From: the human T2T-CHM13v2.0 reference genome, Homo sapiens
Assembly (NCBI RefSeq): GCF_009914755.1
Contig: NC_060926.1
DNA: 64,000 bases
Reading direction: 5' to 3' (one strand)
Made by a program: the position numbers and the translations under genes. Below, one piece after another: positions 45,126-60,766 of the stretch. The notes beneath the pieces were generated by a model. That model was not told the origin of the DNA. It saw only the letters and a list, made by a program, of their open reading frames with translations, and made no database searches. How positions within the stretch are numbered: the first letter of the stretch is position 1; every line of letters begins with the position of its first letter.

Positions 45126-46006
45126 TTTGTTTTATAATTAATCAGGCATAGGATAAACTCTTCAAATTTAAAGGAGGCAAATGGTAAATCATATGATGAG
45201 AAAGTACTACAAGTGTAGTTCTGTTAACCTTATGATTCTAATACAAAACTATTAGTAAATACAGTAGGAATTTTCTGACACTGTAACAAGCTTTCCTTTT
45301 AAAAAAAATTTGTATTTGCTGTTTTCAATTTTAAAAATCTAAGTTTGATTCATCAGTTGTCTTGAGAACTGTAATTGCTTTTCAGCTATACTTTCAACTA
45401 TAATTACTTTTCATTAAGTTCCTTTATTTATCTTTAACTTAAAATTTAGAGTCCTTTGGATTTTTTCCAGAAAATCTCACCAATTATATGACTTGCACGT
45501 AAAAAGATTATTTCACTATCCAAAGATAAATATATTTTTATAAATTATTGTAGGTTAAAAATTATTTTCAAATACTAACATGCACTGAGCCACTTCCCTA
45601 TATGCCCTATCAGGTGTTTTTTTCAAATATTAATTTTTGCCTCTGGCCATAATTACATACATTAATGGTTTAGAGAAGTGTTTATTAAAAACTAAGTATT
45701 TGGTATTTCATTAAACATATTGGCTGACAAAAAGCAAAATAATTGTAAGAAAAGATCAGCATGCCCCCAAATAGCTCAGGATCCAAAGAAAAAGATAGAA
45801 CATATGTTTGTGAAATCATTAGACAATCATGTACAGGTAGCATCCGTGGCTCTGCTTATCAGTTAATCTTGAAGGAGTTAAATGTGAGGTGACATTTTAA
45901 GAAAAAAATTTATAAATAATAATGTGCATTCTAACAATATGATCATTTTCCAAAGATTTCTTTAAAAAATGTGTTCTCATAAATAGTATTAAAGCAATAA
46001 ACCTAC

Positions 46007-46118
46007 CGTCTCAGTTTTAATATGTTGGTATCCTCACTTCTTTCTTGGATTTATAATTGAGATATCCTTCTGATTATTTAGTTTCTTTCCTTAAGTAATG
46101 TAGTCATAAAGGTTGACA
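46007..46118 (-). pseudogene. Fossil exon candidate (112 nt)
   Basis: gtttatatacag|TGTCAA...GAGACG|gtaggt; stops in all three frames. Confidence 0.3.
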
Positions 46119-47035
46119 CTGTATATAAACATTCTTGTGGCCATTAGTATTTGTATGATATTTTACCTCTAAACTATCAAATATGATACACTGAAAGGCA
46201 AATGGCAGTGTAGAATATTGGTAAACAACATGAAATTTGAGTGGTGGGGTCACACAGTTTGAACTGATTCCTAGTTCAGCAATGTAACAACGTTACTTTT
46301 CTCACAATCTTATTGCAGGAATTAAATACATTAATATAAGTAAAAAATTTTGTAAGGCTCTCTAGGAGCATACGATATGTTAGCCATTAATATTATAAAT
46401 CAAGTGGCATTGACCCCAAGCAGTAGATTGGGGTTCTAGACTAAACACACCCAAATATGTTATATTATTCCAAAGGAAAGAAATGTGGCTTTCTTCTGTG
46501 AGGCAAGATATTACATGATTGATACAGAAACGCAACCCATCACCTCAGCCATGTTAACATCATACTCTTAAGAGAACATTTCCCAAAATAGGCCCTACTA
46601 AATGCTAGTTATTTTAAGACATTCTGGGAGAAGGGTGCTGTACCCAAATACTTTTTGAAAATGTACATATGTATCACTTAGTTGGAGAATCACTAATCAT
46701 TTAAAGTATAATAAATTCTGAGTAAAAACTACAGCCAAGAAAAGAAAATTAAATCCAGTAAATCACAAAAGTATATGTCTACACTCATGTGTGTATGTGT
46801 AAGAGATAGTGATCTATAAATATACTATAGAATTACTGTGGAACACAGTTTGGAAAATTTTGCTCCAAGTCCACACAGATGTCTTTTTTACACAGGATCA
46901 AGGGGTGACAATGAGATATTGATAGTGATGAAAAACTCTCAATATGCAGAGAGTTTTATAAGTACCCAAAAGTTTGACTGCTTATTAAAACTCTCCAAAC
47001 ATCTTAGGTCTGCAAAATTTTCCTAGAAAACTCAC

Positions 47036-47142
47036 CTCTTGAATACTAGTTTTATTATTAGATTGCTGATGATTGCTGCTCCCCTTCAGGCTAGAAAAAT
47101 GCTTAGAACACCTTTCTAATGATTTCACTTCTTTTCCAGAAC
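47036..47142 (-). pseudogene. Fossil exon candidate, fully open (107 nt, SGKEVKSLERCSKHFSSLKGSSNHQQSNNKTSIQE)
   Basis: gcatttcctag|GTTCTG...CAAGAG|gtgagt; consensus splice sites and no stop. Confidence 0.55.
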
Positions 47143-47838
47143 CTAGGAAATGCAGACATATAAAATATAAGTAACATTCAAATTGTAAAAGTTACCAAGT
47201 TTGGTGATACTTAAAGTTGTAATAGAAGTTCAAGTTCAAGATGTATACTTATTAATCTAAAACAATTTTCTCACTTTTAAAGTGTCTTTTCATTATTAAA
47301 AGCTGAATCAGCCACCAAAAATGCTTTTTATATAGTCAGTATATACAGAATCTATGAATGTTTTTAATTGTAATGTTATTATTCTGCCAATATAGCTGAA
47401 GAGAAAAATGCTTAAACAATTCATATTTGTTATTTTTAATTTATAATTTACCTGTATGTGTAAAGTTGAATTTATTAAGTTTATAAAACATGAGTTTTGC
47501 CTTAGTGTGATAGGAATACTAATTTGAGGGAAAGATGATTTGTACATTGAATTGCCCTTATAAAATCAGCACTCCAGTTTGCTTTAAGTTAGCAAACATT
47601 CTGCATTGTATGCAGTTCAAAACAGCTTGAATAAGTAGGATAGAAAATACAGAATCAGAATATAGGTTAAAAAATATCAAGCCTCCTTCACAAAGGTAAT
47701 ATGATAATGAAAACTGCAGACTAATAATATAAAGTTAACTGATTAAAATCACACATATTGGAATATAACAAACTCAAAATTGCTTCTATATATGTATTTG
47801 TATTTGTTTTATTCTTTCTAAATTTTAAAATCATTTCC

Positions 47839-48150
47839 GGCAGGGCACAGTGGCTCACGCCTGTAATCCCAGCACCTTGGGAGGTGGGTGGATCATTTGA
47901 GGTCAGGAGTTCAAGAGTAGCCTGACCAACATGGTGAAACCCCGTCTCTACTAAAAACACAAAAAAATTAGCCTGGCGTAGTGGCGGACGCCTGCAATCC
48001 CAGCTACTCGGGAGGCTGAGGCAGGAGAATCAGTTGAACCAGGCAGGGGCAGGTTGCAAGTGAGAGGAGATCACACCACTCCACACCAGCCTGGGTGACA
48101 GAGAGAGACTCTGCCTCAAAAAGATAAATAAATGAATCAATAATAAAATA
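47839..48150 (+). mobile_element. Full-length Alu (AluS-like)
   Basis: Two-arm Alu with A-rich tail; TSD about aaaatcattt/aaaataattt. Confidence 0.95.
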
Positions 48151-48370
48151 ATTTATTTGATATTTAACATAAGAAACAGCTAAAGAAATTCTATCACTGG
48201 AAGAGAATTGAAAAGCATTATCTCAAAATTATCTTCCATTGTATTAAAAAGTTTTATAAAACCTATCTAAAATATAATACCACTAAAACTTAATCAGTCC
48301 CCTGATAGTTTAGCTTATTCATAAGAATAAAATTGATAGAGGAGAAAAGTAAAAAGAAATTTTTACCTAC

Positions 48371-48845
48371 CTTAGAGAGCTTTATGCTTTCCAGGCTTAT
48401 CAAATATTTTAAGCCAACATTCTTTACGAGGAATTATGTATGAATGGTATGGTAGAGAAGAGAAAAAGAGTCTCTACCCTTTTCTTTCTTGACTGGTCCT
48501 ATCATAACATGGTCATCATATCTAGTACTGACAGATGTTTAAAGTCAACTGTCTCTCTCATGAGACACTTTCATGGGTTCTCTCCAAAACCTTCACACAC
48601 TGGGTGTCTTTCAACTTCTTTTATTTTTATTTTAATAACTTTCTATCAGATTTGCTGTTTACTTTTACATAATTTCACTACAATTCAATGTTTACACTTC
48701 AGCTTCAATCTTCCCATTCTCTGTCCAGATGGTTTTCTTAGAACAACAAAACAAAACAAGTCTGCACTAGTTTTCTTTCCCATGTATGGCTTATATTTTT
48801 CACCTTCAGGAATAACAAGGACAGCAAAATTGAGGAGTTAATGTG
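48371..48845 (-). pseudogene. Large, heavily decayed fossil exon candidate (475 nt, …LLNFAVLVIPEGEKYKPYMGKKTSADL…)
   Basis: Very strong acceptor ttttctttttttttcag and donor AAG|gtaggt; purine-rich sense strand; multiple stops. Confidence 0.4.
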
Positions 48846-49499
48846 CTGAAAAAAAAAGAAAACTGAGAAAAAAATTTCATCTTCCTACAATTTTCTTTTG
48901 AGACATTTGTCATACACTTCAACTGAATAGAATAGGCTCTGATAATGCCATAGACTTTTACTTAAGACAAGTGAAGTTTACATTCTAGGAAACAAGGCAT
49001 ACTGGAAATAATCTAGGTCTCGTAAAGAATGGAGCAAAATTCCCGGTTGTCTCATTTTTAGAACAAGGTTAACCTGTACTTACTCTATCAACCTGTGAGA
49101 CAAAAAGAAAATCCTTTGAAAGTGAAGATTTCAGAGAACTGAAAATTATAGTATAGAAATGAAGAATTAAATAACCCTAAATAATAATGCAACAGATGAA
49201 ATTAAGAGATCATTTGTCATATAAGAGACAGTTAGCCATAATGAATACTAATATAAATATATAACTGAAGTGCAGACATAGAACAAAACAGAAAATCAGA
49301 AGAAAAGCAAAAGAGATAAATGGAACATGATGAAAAATTCTAGTGTATATGTAATAGTAGTCCTCAGAAGAGGAGAAAAAAAATAAGGAAAAGGCAATAG
49401 TTAAAGAAATGACTAAAAATGTTCTTAAAGTGACAAAAGACACAGAGTCACAGATTCAATAAGCTTTACAATTTGTAAGAATATAAATAAAGAATACCA

Positions 49500-49818
49500 C
49501 CTGGTGTGGTGGCTCAGGCCTGTAATTTCAGCCCTTTGGGAGGCTGAAGCAGGCAGATAACCTGAGACCAGGAGTTTGACACCAGCCTAGCCAACATGAT
49601 GAAACTCTGTCCCTACTAAAAATGCAAATAATTAGCCGGGCATTGTGGCAGGTGCCTGTAATCCCAGCTATTTTGGAGGCTGAGGCACTAGAATCACTTG
49701 TACGCAGGAGACAGAGGTAGAACTGAGCCACAATTGCACTACTGCACTCCAGCCTGGGCGAGAGAGTGAGACCCTGTCTCAAAAATAAAATTAAATAAAT
49801 ATATAAATAAATAAACAG
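49500..49818 (+). mobile_element. Alu inserted in an old L1 ORF1-like region
   Basis: Two-arm Alu; TSD ataaagaatacca at 49487-49499 and 49819-49831. Confidence 0.93.
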
Positions 49819-52800
49819 ATAAAGAATACCATACCAAGGAAACCTTGTTATACTGTGAAAACAAAAGAAAAAGTAAAAATATTAAAGCCATATAATTAAA
49901 ACATACTTATTGACCTGGAAAATCTAACAACTGTTTCTTCAACTGAAAGATGTCACCAAAAAAACAATAAAATGATACTTTTAAATTCCTAATAAAAAAT
50001 AATTTTCAAAATAAAATGTATACTGAAAAACAAAACTAAATCTATACAAAACATAATGTATTTAATAACTGAAAATGAAATAATATTTTCAGAAAAACAA
50101 AATATTAGGGAATTTATCTCTATTACATCTATCCTAAAATAATTACTATAGGGAATTCTTTACGAAAAAGAAAATTTCATATGGAAGAATGGTAATGTGG
50201 GGAGGAATAAAAAGCATAAAAAAGTATAAATATAGTATAAATGTGTAGATTAATCTAAATCTAAATTATCTAAATAAATACTTAGTATTTAAAAAATAGT
50301 AATGTCTAAAGAATATTAAATATAATATGTGGATTTAAAATAGATAGCAGTAATGACACAGAAAGTAGGAAGAATATAAATGAAATTTATTAAAATAATA
50401 ATACTAACTAATAATTGAGGAGGTCAACTTTAATCACTTAAGTACCCATAAATATAATGAAATGATTTATAAATAAGCTAATAGAGTACAAAGCTTGTAT
50501 AGTAATTGTAGTGTGTAAACCACTTGTATTCTTAATGTTAATACTAAAAGACAAAACTATTAAAAAATTATTATAACTATAACAGTTTGTTAAGGGATAG
50601 GCAATATTTAAAGATGTAAATTGTGACATAAAAAATTCAGAATGTAGGGAAATGAAGTTAAAGTGTTGAATTTTATTCTGTTTATTTTTTTAAACGCTAT
50701 TAAAGTTGTTACTATCAGTTTAGAATAACTTGTTATAACTATGTTTTATGTGAGCATCATGGTAGCCACAAAACAAAAACATATATAGATACAATGAAAA
50801 TAAAAAGCGAGGAATCAAAACATACTACTGAAGAAAATCACTTAACCACAAAGTGCAAGGAAGAAATGATTTACAAAATACCCAGAAATTAAGTAACAAA
50901 ATGAAAGCAAGTCATTACTTATGAGTAATTACTTTGAATGTAAATGGATAGAAATCTCCAGTTAAAAGACAAGAGTGGCTGAATGGATTTTTTTCAAAAA
51001 AAATCAAGACCCAGTTATAAGCTTCCTATAGAAAACTCAGTTTACCTATAAAGACAAGCATAGACTAAAAGTGGAACAATGAAAAAAAAATTCTATGAAA
51101 ATGAAAAAAAAAATATGGAGGTAGCAAGATTTAGACAAAATAGACTTTCACTCAAAAACTGAAAAAAGAGATAAGGAAGTCCTTTATCTGATGATAAAGG
51201 TTCAATACAGCCAGATGATATGACAGTCTTAAATATACATACAGACAACAGTAGAGCATCTAAATATACAAAACAAATATTAGTATAACTAAAGGGAGAG
51301 ATAGACAGCAATACCATAATAGTAAAAGATTTTAATTACTTTTTAATTAATTTACTCCACTTTCATCAATGAACAGCTCATCCAGTCAGAAAATCAACAA
51401 ACCTCAGATTTCTGCATTCTAGACTAAATGGACCTAACAGATATTTACAGAAAATCTCCACCTAACAGCTGAAGATTACACATTCTTCTCAACAGCACAG
51501 AGAACATTTTTCAGGATAGATCATGTGTTGAGCCACAAAACCAGTCTCAGTGAATTTTCAAAAAATAAAAATCGTATCAAGTGTATTTTCTGATCACAAC
51601 TAAATAAAACTGGAATCAATAACAAAACGAACATTGGAAACTGCAAATACATAGAAATTAAGAGACATAAACTTCTGAATGACCAGCAGGTAGATGAGGA
51701 AATTAAAAAGAAAATTAAAAAATATTGTGAGACAAAAGAAAATAAAAAAACAACACATATTCTAACCTATGTGACACAGAAAAGGCAGTGCTAAGATGGA
51801 AGTTCATAGCAATAAATACCTACATCAAAAAAGTAGAAGGATTTCAAATAAACAACCTAACAATGCACACCAAGGAACTACAAAAACAAGAACAAACTAA
51901 ATTCAAAATCAGTAGAAAGAAAGAAATTAAAAAGATCGGAGCAGAAATATCTTTAATTGTATTTTTATTGTCTAAAAATATAATACCAAAAATCAATGTA
52001 ATAATTGATTTTTCAAAGAACAAACAAAATTGACAAATCTTTAGCTAGATGAACTAAGAAAGTAAGAGAGATGACAAATAAATAAAATGAAATTAAATGG
52101 AAATATTACAAGTGATACTACAGAAGTAAAAAGGATAAGAGATTTTATACACAGCTATATACCAATTAAGAGGAAAATCTGGAAAAAATGGACAATTCCT
52201 GGACATATATAACCTACTAATATTGAATGAAGAAGAAATAAAAACGCTGAACAGAACAATAATGAATAATAAGATAAGTAATAATGTCTCCCATCAAATA
52301 GGAGCCCAGGGCCTGATGGCATCATGGCTGAATTCTACCAAACATTTAAAGAACTAACACCAATGTACTCAAACTATTCCAAAAAAGTGAACAGGAGGTA
52401 AATTTTTCAAACTCTTTCTATGAGGTCAGCATTACCCTAATACAAAAATGAGACAGTGGCACAACCATAATAGCAACAACAACAAAACTACAAACCAACA
52501 TTTCTGATAAATAAGGATGAAAAAATTATCAGCAAAATGCTAGGAAACTAAAACCAACAGCATATTAAAAAGGTCATTTGCCATAATCAAGTTCATCTTA
52601 GAGATGCAAGATTGGTTCAACATATGCAAATTAACACGTGATACATCACATTAACAGAATCAAAGACAAAAACTACAGAATTATTTCATTTAATGCAGAA
52701 AAGCTATTCAGTAAAATTCAACATCCTTTCACAATAAAAACTCTCAACATACGGTTGTAGAAAAAATACATCAACATAATAAAGGCCATATATAAGAAAG

Positions 52801-54122
52801 CCACAGCTAGCATCATACTGAATAGGAAAAACTGAAAACATTTCCTTTGAGATCTGAGATCTGGAACAAGACAAGGCAACCCACTTTCACCACTTTTATT
52901 CAACCTAGTGCTAGAAAGTCCTGGCCAGAGCACAACACAAGAGAAAAAAATAAAGGGCATCCAAACTGGAAGGAAGGAAGGCAGATTGTCTCTGTTTGCA
53001 AAAGACCTGATTCTATATGTGTATATATATATATAAAACCCTAAGGACTCCACACAAACCCCAAAACACTGTTAGAAGAATAAACAAATTCAGTAAAATG
53101 GCAGGATACAAAATCAAGATGCTAAAATTAGTAGCATTGCTATATTCCAATAATAAACTATGTGAAAAATAAATCAAGGAACAATCCCATTTGAAATAGC
53201 TAGAGAAAAGTAAAAGATCTAGGAATAGTTTTAACTTAGGAGTTGAAAAAGCTCTACAAGAAAAACTATAAAACATTAACTAAACAAACTTAAGACAAAC
53301 AAATAAATGGCAAGACATCCCATGTTCATAGATTGGAAGAATTAATGTTGTTAAAATGTCCCATACTACTCAACACAATTTACACAATTTACCTTATCAG
53401 AATACCAATGACATACTTCGCTAAAATAGAAAAAAAAAAACACTAAAATTTGTATGGAACCATGAAAGACACCAAAAGTGAAAGAAATATTGAGCAAAAA
53501 GAACAAAGCTAAAGGCATCACACTATTTTACATCAAAATATACTACAAAGCAATAGTAAACAAAACAGATTGATACTGGCATAAAAATAGACACATAGAT
53601 CAATAAAAGAGAATACAGAACCCAGAAATAAACTTATGAACTTATAGACAAATGATTTTTGACAAAAGCACCAAGTATATATACTGGGGATATGACAGTC
53701 TCTTCCACAAATGATTCTGGGAAAACTGGATTTTTAACACATGTAGAAGAATGAGACTAGACCCCTATCTCTCACCATATAAAATAATTCAACTCAAGAT
53801 AAAGACTTAAAGGTAAAACCTGAAACTATAAAACTACTAGAAGGAAACACAGGGGAAATCCTTCATGACATTGATCTGGGCAAGAATTTTTTGGATAAGA
53901 ACTCAAAAGCACAGTCAACAAAAGCATATAGACGAAATGTTATCAAACTAAAATGCCTCTGCACAGCAAAGAAAATAATCAACAGAAGGAAGAGAACACT
54001 TACAGAATAGAAGATGTTTGCAAACTGTACATCTGACAAGGGTTAAATATCCAGAATCTATAACAAACCCAAAAAACTCAATAGCGAAAAAAAACAAGTA
54101 ATCTGATTTAAAAATAAAATAA

Positions 54123-54447
<325 letters not shown>

Positions 54448-54525
54448 TTAAAAAATGTTTGACATCATTGATCATTAGAAAGATGCAAATCAAAATGATG
54501 ATATCATCTCACCCAATTAGAATGG

Positions 54526-55084
54526 TGTGATGGTTAATATTGAATGTCAACTTGATTGGATTGATGGACGCAAAGTACTGTTCCTGAGTATGTCCTGAGT
54601 ATGTTCCTGAGTATTGTTCCTTAGGGTGTTATCAAAGGAGATTAACATTGCAGTCAGTGGACTGGGAGAGGCAGACTAACCCTCAATCTGAGTGGGCACC
54701 ATCTAATCAGCTGCCATTGCAACTAGGATAAAAGCAGGCAGGGGAATACAGAAGGACTAGACTGGCTAAATCTTCCAGGTTTATCTTTCTCCCATGCTGG
54801 ATGCTTCCTGCCCTTGAACATCATACTCCAAGTTCTTCAGCTTGTGGACTCTTGGACTTACACCAGTGGTTTGCCAGGGGCATTTGCATCTTCAACCACA
54901 GAGTGAAGGCTGCACTGTTGGCTTCTCTACTTTTGAGGTTTTGTGACTGACTGGCTTCCTTGCTCCTCACTTTGCAGATGGTCTATTGTGGGACTTCACT
55001 TTGTGATAGTGTAAATCAATAATCCTAAATAACTCCCCTTTATATATACATCTATCCTGTTAGTTATATCCCTCTAGAGAACGC
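54526..55084 (+). mobile_element. MLT2A (HERV-L) solo LTR
   Basis: tgtgatggttaatattgaatgtcaacttgattggattga...ccctctagagaac. Confidence 0.9.
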
Positions 55085-56396
55085 TGGTTATTATCAAAAC
55101 CACAAAAGATAAATGCTGTTAGGATGAGGAGAAAGGAGAAGGCAGATTAGTATGGCAACAATAAAAACAGTGTGGAGATTCCTCAAAAAATTAAAAAATA
55201 GAACTACTATATGATTCAGCAATCCCACTCCTGGGTATATACCCAAAGGAAATAAAAACAGTTTATCAAATCCATATCTGCAGTCCCATGTTTATGGCAG
55301 CACTGTTCACGTAGTTAAGATATGGAACCAACATATAGTGTCAATTGATCGATGAGGGTTTTATATGCACAGTAAAATATTATTCAGCTGTAAAAAAGGA
55401 ATGAAATCTTGTCATTTGCAGCAACACGGATGAACATGGAAGGCATTTGTTAAGTGAAGTGAGCCAGTCACAGAATGGCAAATACTGCATGGTATCACTC
55501 AAACCAAAATGTAAAAATGTTGATATCATAGAAGAGAGTAGAATAATGCTTACAAGAGGCTGGGGCAAGGAGGAGTGAGGACGAATGTGAAGAGATTGGT
55601 TAATGAGGACAGGGTGACAATTATATAGGAGGACTATGTGCTGGTGTTCTGTTGTGCAGAAAAGAGATTATAGTTAACAATATTATTTAATATACTTCAA
55701 AATAGAAGAATGCTCTCATCATAAATTAAAGATGAATGTTTGACATAATAGAAATGCTAAATACCCTGATTTGATCATTACACATATATGTATGTATTGA
55801 AATATCTTACTATACCCCATAAATATATCCAATTATTATGTGTCAATTAAGAAAAGACCATGAACAGGATTATGAAATTATAATAATGATTTGGAGACAA
55901 ATATGGCAATGGATTAAAATAGAGTACAGAAGCAGACACAAACTCATAAGGCCTCCTGAATTACACTACCACCAAAACGCACTGAGTAAAGGATGGTTTG
56001 CCCAATCAATGCTGTTCGTTAAATTAGATATACATATGGAAAAAAGATGATCACTTACAGATACACTGAAAATAATGTTTGATGAATTATATAATTAAAC
56101 AATAAAGCTTTTAGAAGATAAATAATAAAACGAGGAAGCCAAGAATTTCTTAAACAAGACACAAAAAGTACTAATAATAAATTTGATAAATTAGTTTAAA
56201 ATGAAAAATGTGTCTTCATCAAAAGTAAATAATAAGAGACTAAAAAGTCAAGCCAGGAAATTGAATATGTTTACAGTACATATGTTAAACAGACCACTCT
56301 TATCCAGAATATATAAATAACTGTTAAAGCAGTAAAAAAGTATAGAGAGAACATCTGGTGGGAAAAAATGGGCTAAAGACTTAAACAGGTATTTCA

Positions 56397-56789
<393 letters not shown>

Positions 56790-56924
56790 TTATCTACCCA
56801 CGACAATGGCCAAAATTACAAAAACAAAATATTAAGAAACTAAAAACAACAAAGAAACCAGAACCAACATATGCGAGGCTGTGAATACTAACAATCACAC
56901 ACTGCCAGTGGAGATATAAATTAG

Positions 56925-57355
56925 TATTGCAGAATTTTGTTCCTTAGTTCAGCTAAAACCCAGGTTCTTGTCACATGATCAGAAAATTTAGGCACACACA
57001 TTGAAGGATGAGTAGAGCAGGGTTTTATTTGGTGAAAAAGAAAAAAGAAAAAGTCTCAGCAAAACGACATGGTAGTCCTGTTAACAGGTCCTCGACCTCA
57101 TAGACTGAATCCCAAGCCACCACAAAGGAACTAAAGCGATCAGACTCCCCGGAACTCCAAGGCGCGAAATTCCCTGTGGCTCCACCCACTTTCCCCAGTG
57201 CACATGTCGGGCTCCAGTCTGCTGTGGGCATGCCCAGACAAGCCCTGGGCAGGTTTCCTCATCTGCAAAAAAGCACCTGATGTAAACCCTTGTGGAGCAG
57301 GTCGGAGATTCTCTGGGTACCCCCTTTTTATCTGCCTAGTCATTTGGCTGTCTCA
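56925..57355 (-). mobile_element. ERV1 solo LTR (MER61-like)
   Basis: Minus strand begins tgagacagccaaatg; other end ...ccttagttcagctaaaacc; 4-bp TSD ttag. Confidence 0.8.
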
Positions 57356-58136
57356 TTAGTATCATCACTTTGCTTAAAGACAGTGAAATACATTTTGATA
57401 GCAAATATAACAGAAAGAAGCAGAAGACCAATAACATTAAAAATATGTTCCTGCATGTAGAAAAATTTATTTACACATGTACTGTGAATGGATATTATCC
57501 ATCATGTGATTTTTTTTTAAAAGGCTGCAAACATCATCTAGTTAACATCAAAAAATAATTTACTTCAGTTATAAACATCCAAATGCAGGAAATTTCAAGG
57601 TTTATTTATAATTGTTTTAATATTGAATTGCTGACATATGTTCAATGAAACACTTTTACTTGGATTGTATGTCCCGGAAATGATATTAAATATCCTCATG
57701 CAAATAAAAATAATAAAGAAAACCTAGTAAAAACCTGATTCTGTCCTCTAGTTTCAACCCAATGGGAAAAAAATACCTAGTGTTTATAATTACCAATAAA
57801 TAATTCACAACAAAATGTATGTTTCCCATCAAATTGAACCATAAGCAGCACTTATGTGTAATGTTTCTAAATGTTAGGGGACATAATTATATATTTTGCG
57901 TGGATAGAAGTCAGGTGAATATTTTTTAACAGATCAGACTGTTAGGCTTCACTTGTTCCTGCACATTACAAGTAGCTGCATTAAGGAAGCACAGTTATCT
58001 TTTGAAGACCTGTACAATTGTTTGCATCAGAGGCTAGAGAGTTTATAAAAATCAGAAGTTTTGGAAAAGTTTGATAATTCCTGATATAATAATTGTGTCA
58101 TTGTACTAAGGTTTCTTCATGTTTCTAATAGCAGAC

Positions 58137-58608
58137 TGTGAAAGGAAAATAAATCTTGGGGGCACCAAATCACTAAGCTAAATGGAAAAGTCAAGCTGGG
58201 AGCTGCTTAGGGCCAACCTGCCTCCCATTCTATTCAAAGTCACCCCTCTGCTCACTGAGATAAATGCATATCTGACCACCTACTTTGGAGAGGCTAATCA
58301 GAAACTCCAAAGAATGCAACCATTTGTCTCTTATCTATCTATAACCAGGAAGCCGCTTCCCCACTTTGAGTCTTCCTGACTTTACTTCAAGTTTCACTGC
58401 CTTTCCAGACTGAACCAATGCTCATCTTGCATATGTTGATTGATGTCTTATGTCTCCCTAGAATGTATAAAACCAAACTGTGCTCTCACAACTTTGGGCA
58501 CATGTCATCAGAACCTCCTGAGGCTTTGTTATAGGCATGCGTTGTCAACCTTAGCAAAATAAACTTTCTAAATTAACTGAGACCTGTCGCAGATTTTCAG
58601 GGTTCACA
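58137..58608 (+). mobile_element. MER4A/MER4A1 ERV1 solo LTR
   Basis: tgtgaaaggaaaataaatcttggg...ctcactgagataaatgcatatctg...gggttcaca. Confidence 0.88.
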
Positions 58609-59731
58609 AGAAAAACTCTTGCAAAGAACTTTTGTAGCTAACTGCTTTGCAGGCAGTTGGCTTGGCCCATGGTATGAATAACCCACTTGCTTCCCATGTC
58701 TTTTTTCTTTGGCTACAGAAGTAGAGGTGCTGCTGGTACTCGAGAGTGACTGCCACCACAGAGGCAGCAGCTAAAAGTGTAGGTACAATCACTTCTAAAA
58801 GTGATTTGGCAACACAATCTAATGTTAATAACCAAACATGGTTTAGCAAAACCAATATGCAAAACTAGAAGCAATCCAAATGTCTACTCATCAGGAGAGT
58901 TGATAAAGTGTAGTGTATATACTACAAAGTGATACCATACAGCAATGAAAGAGAAGCATACTGTTGGTATATGTATCGTGTATTGATGGATGAATCCTGC
59001 AAGCATCAAGTTGAGTAGATGAAGCCAAACACAAGAGAGTATATCCTTTATTATTGCATTTAATTAAAGGTCAGAAATAGGTAAAATTAATCTTTATTTC
59101 AATTTGTTTTTCACTTTTAAAAACACTCACTGTTGTCTAATGTATTAGTATTCTATCCAATGGTACTAAAATGTTAAGCAGCTATTTTATGTGTGTTTGT
59201 AAAACGAAAGTGATCATCTGACCTAAAAAGGTGTTACAAATTTAACTTAATCTGCAGTTCTCTCAATATCAGCACAGCTAGAATGTTCTCTGTAATTTTC
59301 ATTTTTTAAGTGTGATGTAAGCAGATATAAAAATATTTATTATTTCATAAAATAAATAGACACTTTTAAGTATTTTTGAAAACATTTTAAAACAGATATC
59401 AAATTTAAAAATAGAATCATTAAGGAGTGTACATCTGTCTTAGTGGTCAAAATGGCTTGTCTATTATAAGGTATTTGTTATCCAAACACAAAGATCATTT
59501 AATTATATTTCTACAAATTTAAAAAGCATATTATGAAGACTTTTGGAAAACTTATTTTCACTATTTAAATAACATTCACCCTTGATTTCAAATGGCAACA
59601 ATGCTTAGCAGACAAGCAAAATAAAATAGTTCTGCTTATAAAATGATGACAAGAGAAAAAATATTAATTTATAAGGAAATAAATTATTTAGACATTTTAA
59701 AACAGTCTCAAAGATTTCTAGGTTGTGATCT

Positions 59732-60344
59732 TGTGGTAGTTTTCTTACTCCTTAGTTTGGCTAGATCCAAGTACTTGTCCCATGAGCAAGAAAAATAAGG
59801 CACATAGACACCGGAGAGTAAGTAAGGCAGAGTAGTTAAATGACAGAAAAGCTCTCAACAACCAGAGGGGACCCAATAGTGGGTTGCCAGAAATGGGGCT
59901 GAGCTCTGGGACTTCTATGTGACAAAAACAAGGAAGTCATCTGTGGGTTCTGCCCTAATGAGAGGGGTATAGTTCCCCCTTGGGGATGTTGCATCTGAGC
60001 ATGTCTGGGGTTGGCCATAGGGACTCCATCTTGGTTATTATCCATGAGTGCCTAAGTGAAACCCACAGAGGTGGCAGGCAAAACTGTGGTGAACCAAATA
60101 CTAATGATATTGCAATTAGCTCTGGATCAAGTTAAGGATATTTAGTTGATTTATTGTGCCTGTACTGAAGTTGGAACAGTCCCTTCTAAGCAAACATCCT
60201 GGCATAAGAGGAAGTTCTTAACTACATTTCCTCCCACTAGCTACCTAACAGGAATGGTGCAGGTGTGGTTCCATGGGTGTTTTTTCTCTTCCAAGGCCCT
60301 CCATTTCTATCTTCTTAGTTGGACTCTAAATGCCTCCTCTATCA
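59732..60344 (-). mobile_element. ERV1 (MER4-group) solo LTR
   Basis: TG...CA ends (tgtggtag / ctctatca) and the ctccttagtttggctagatcc motif shared with MER4-group LTRs. Confidence 0.7.
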
Positions 60345-60561
60345 AACTCAAAGATTCCATTTCTTTAGAACAATCTCATGTAGCAGTATGCTTTTACTTA
60401 AATGTTCTCAATTGAGTATTGTTTCTTTCATATTTATTAACTTCATTCAGAATTTTTTCTCATTACTTTGAAGAGCTTTCAGTTACATTTAAAAAATTAC
60501 CGAAGGAATTTTCACCATTTTCACCATACAAGCATAACAAAAAAAATTTATAAAAGCTTAC

Positions 60562-60766
60562 ATGTGTATTCCAAAAAAACATACTCAATATTAAATAGTT
60601 TTGCAAACAATGGATTATCTATACTCATAAATAGCACCTTAAACATTGACTATAACTAATTGCTATTGATGTTTCTGAAATATTTTCTTAAAGATGTCTC
60701 CCAAAATTGTTTAGAATTTCTTAAAATCTGCTATTATTTCATTAGATAATTTTGCTTTTTCTATTC
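60562..60766 (-). pseudogene. Fossil exon candidate (205 nt, IEKAKLSNEIIADFKKF*TILGDIFKKIFQKH…)
   Basis: catctcctttcag|GAATAG...ACACAT|gtaagc; several stops. Confidence 0.35.

Noticed and set aside
48440-48841. 133-aa plus-strand ORF
   Set aside because: No recognisable domain or plus-strand splice context; it is antisense to a minus-strand fossil exon candidate.
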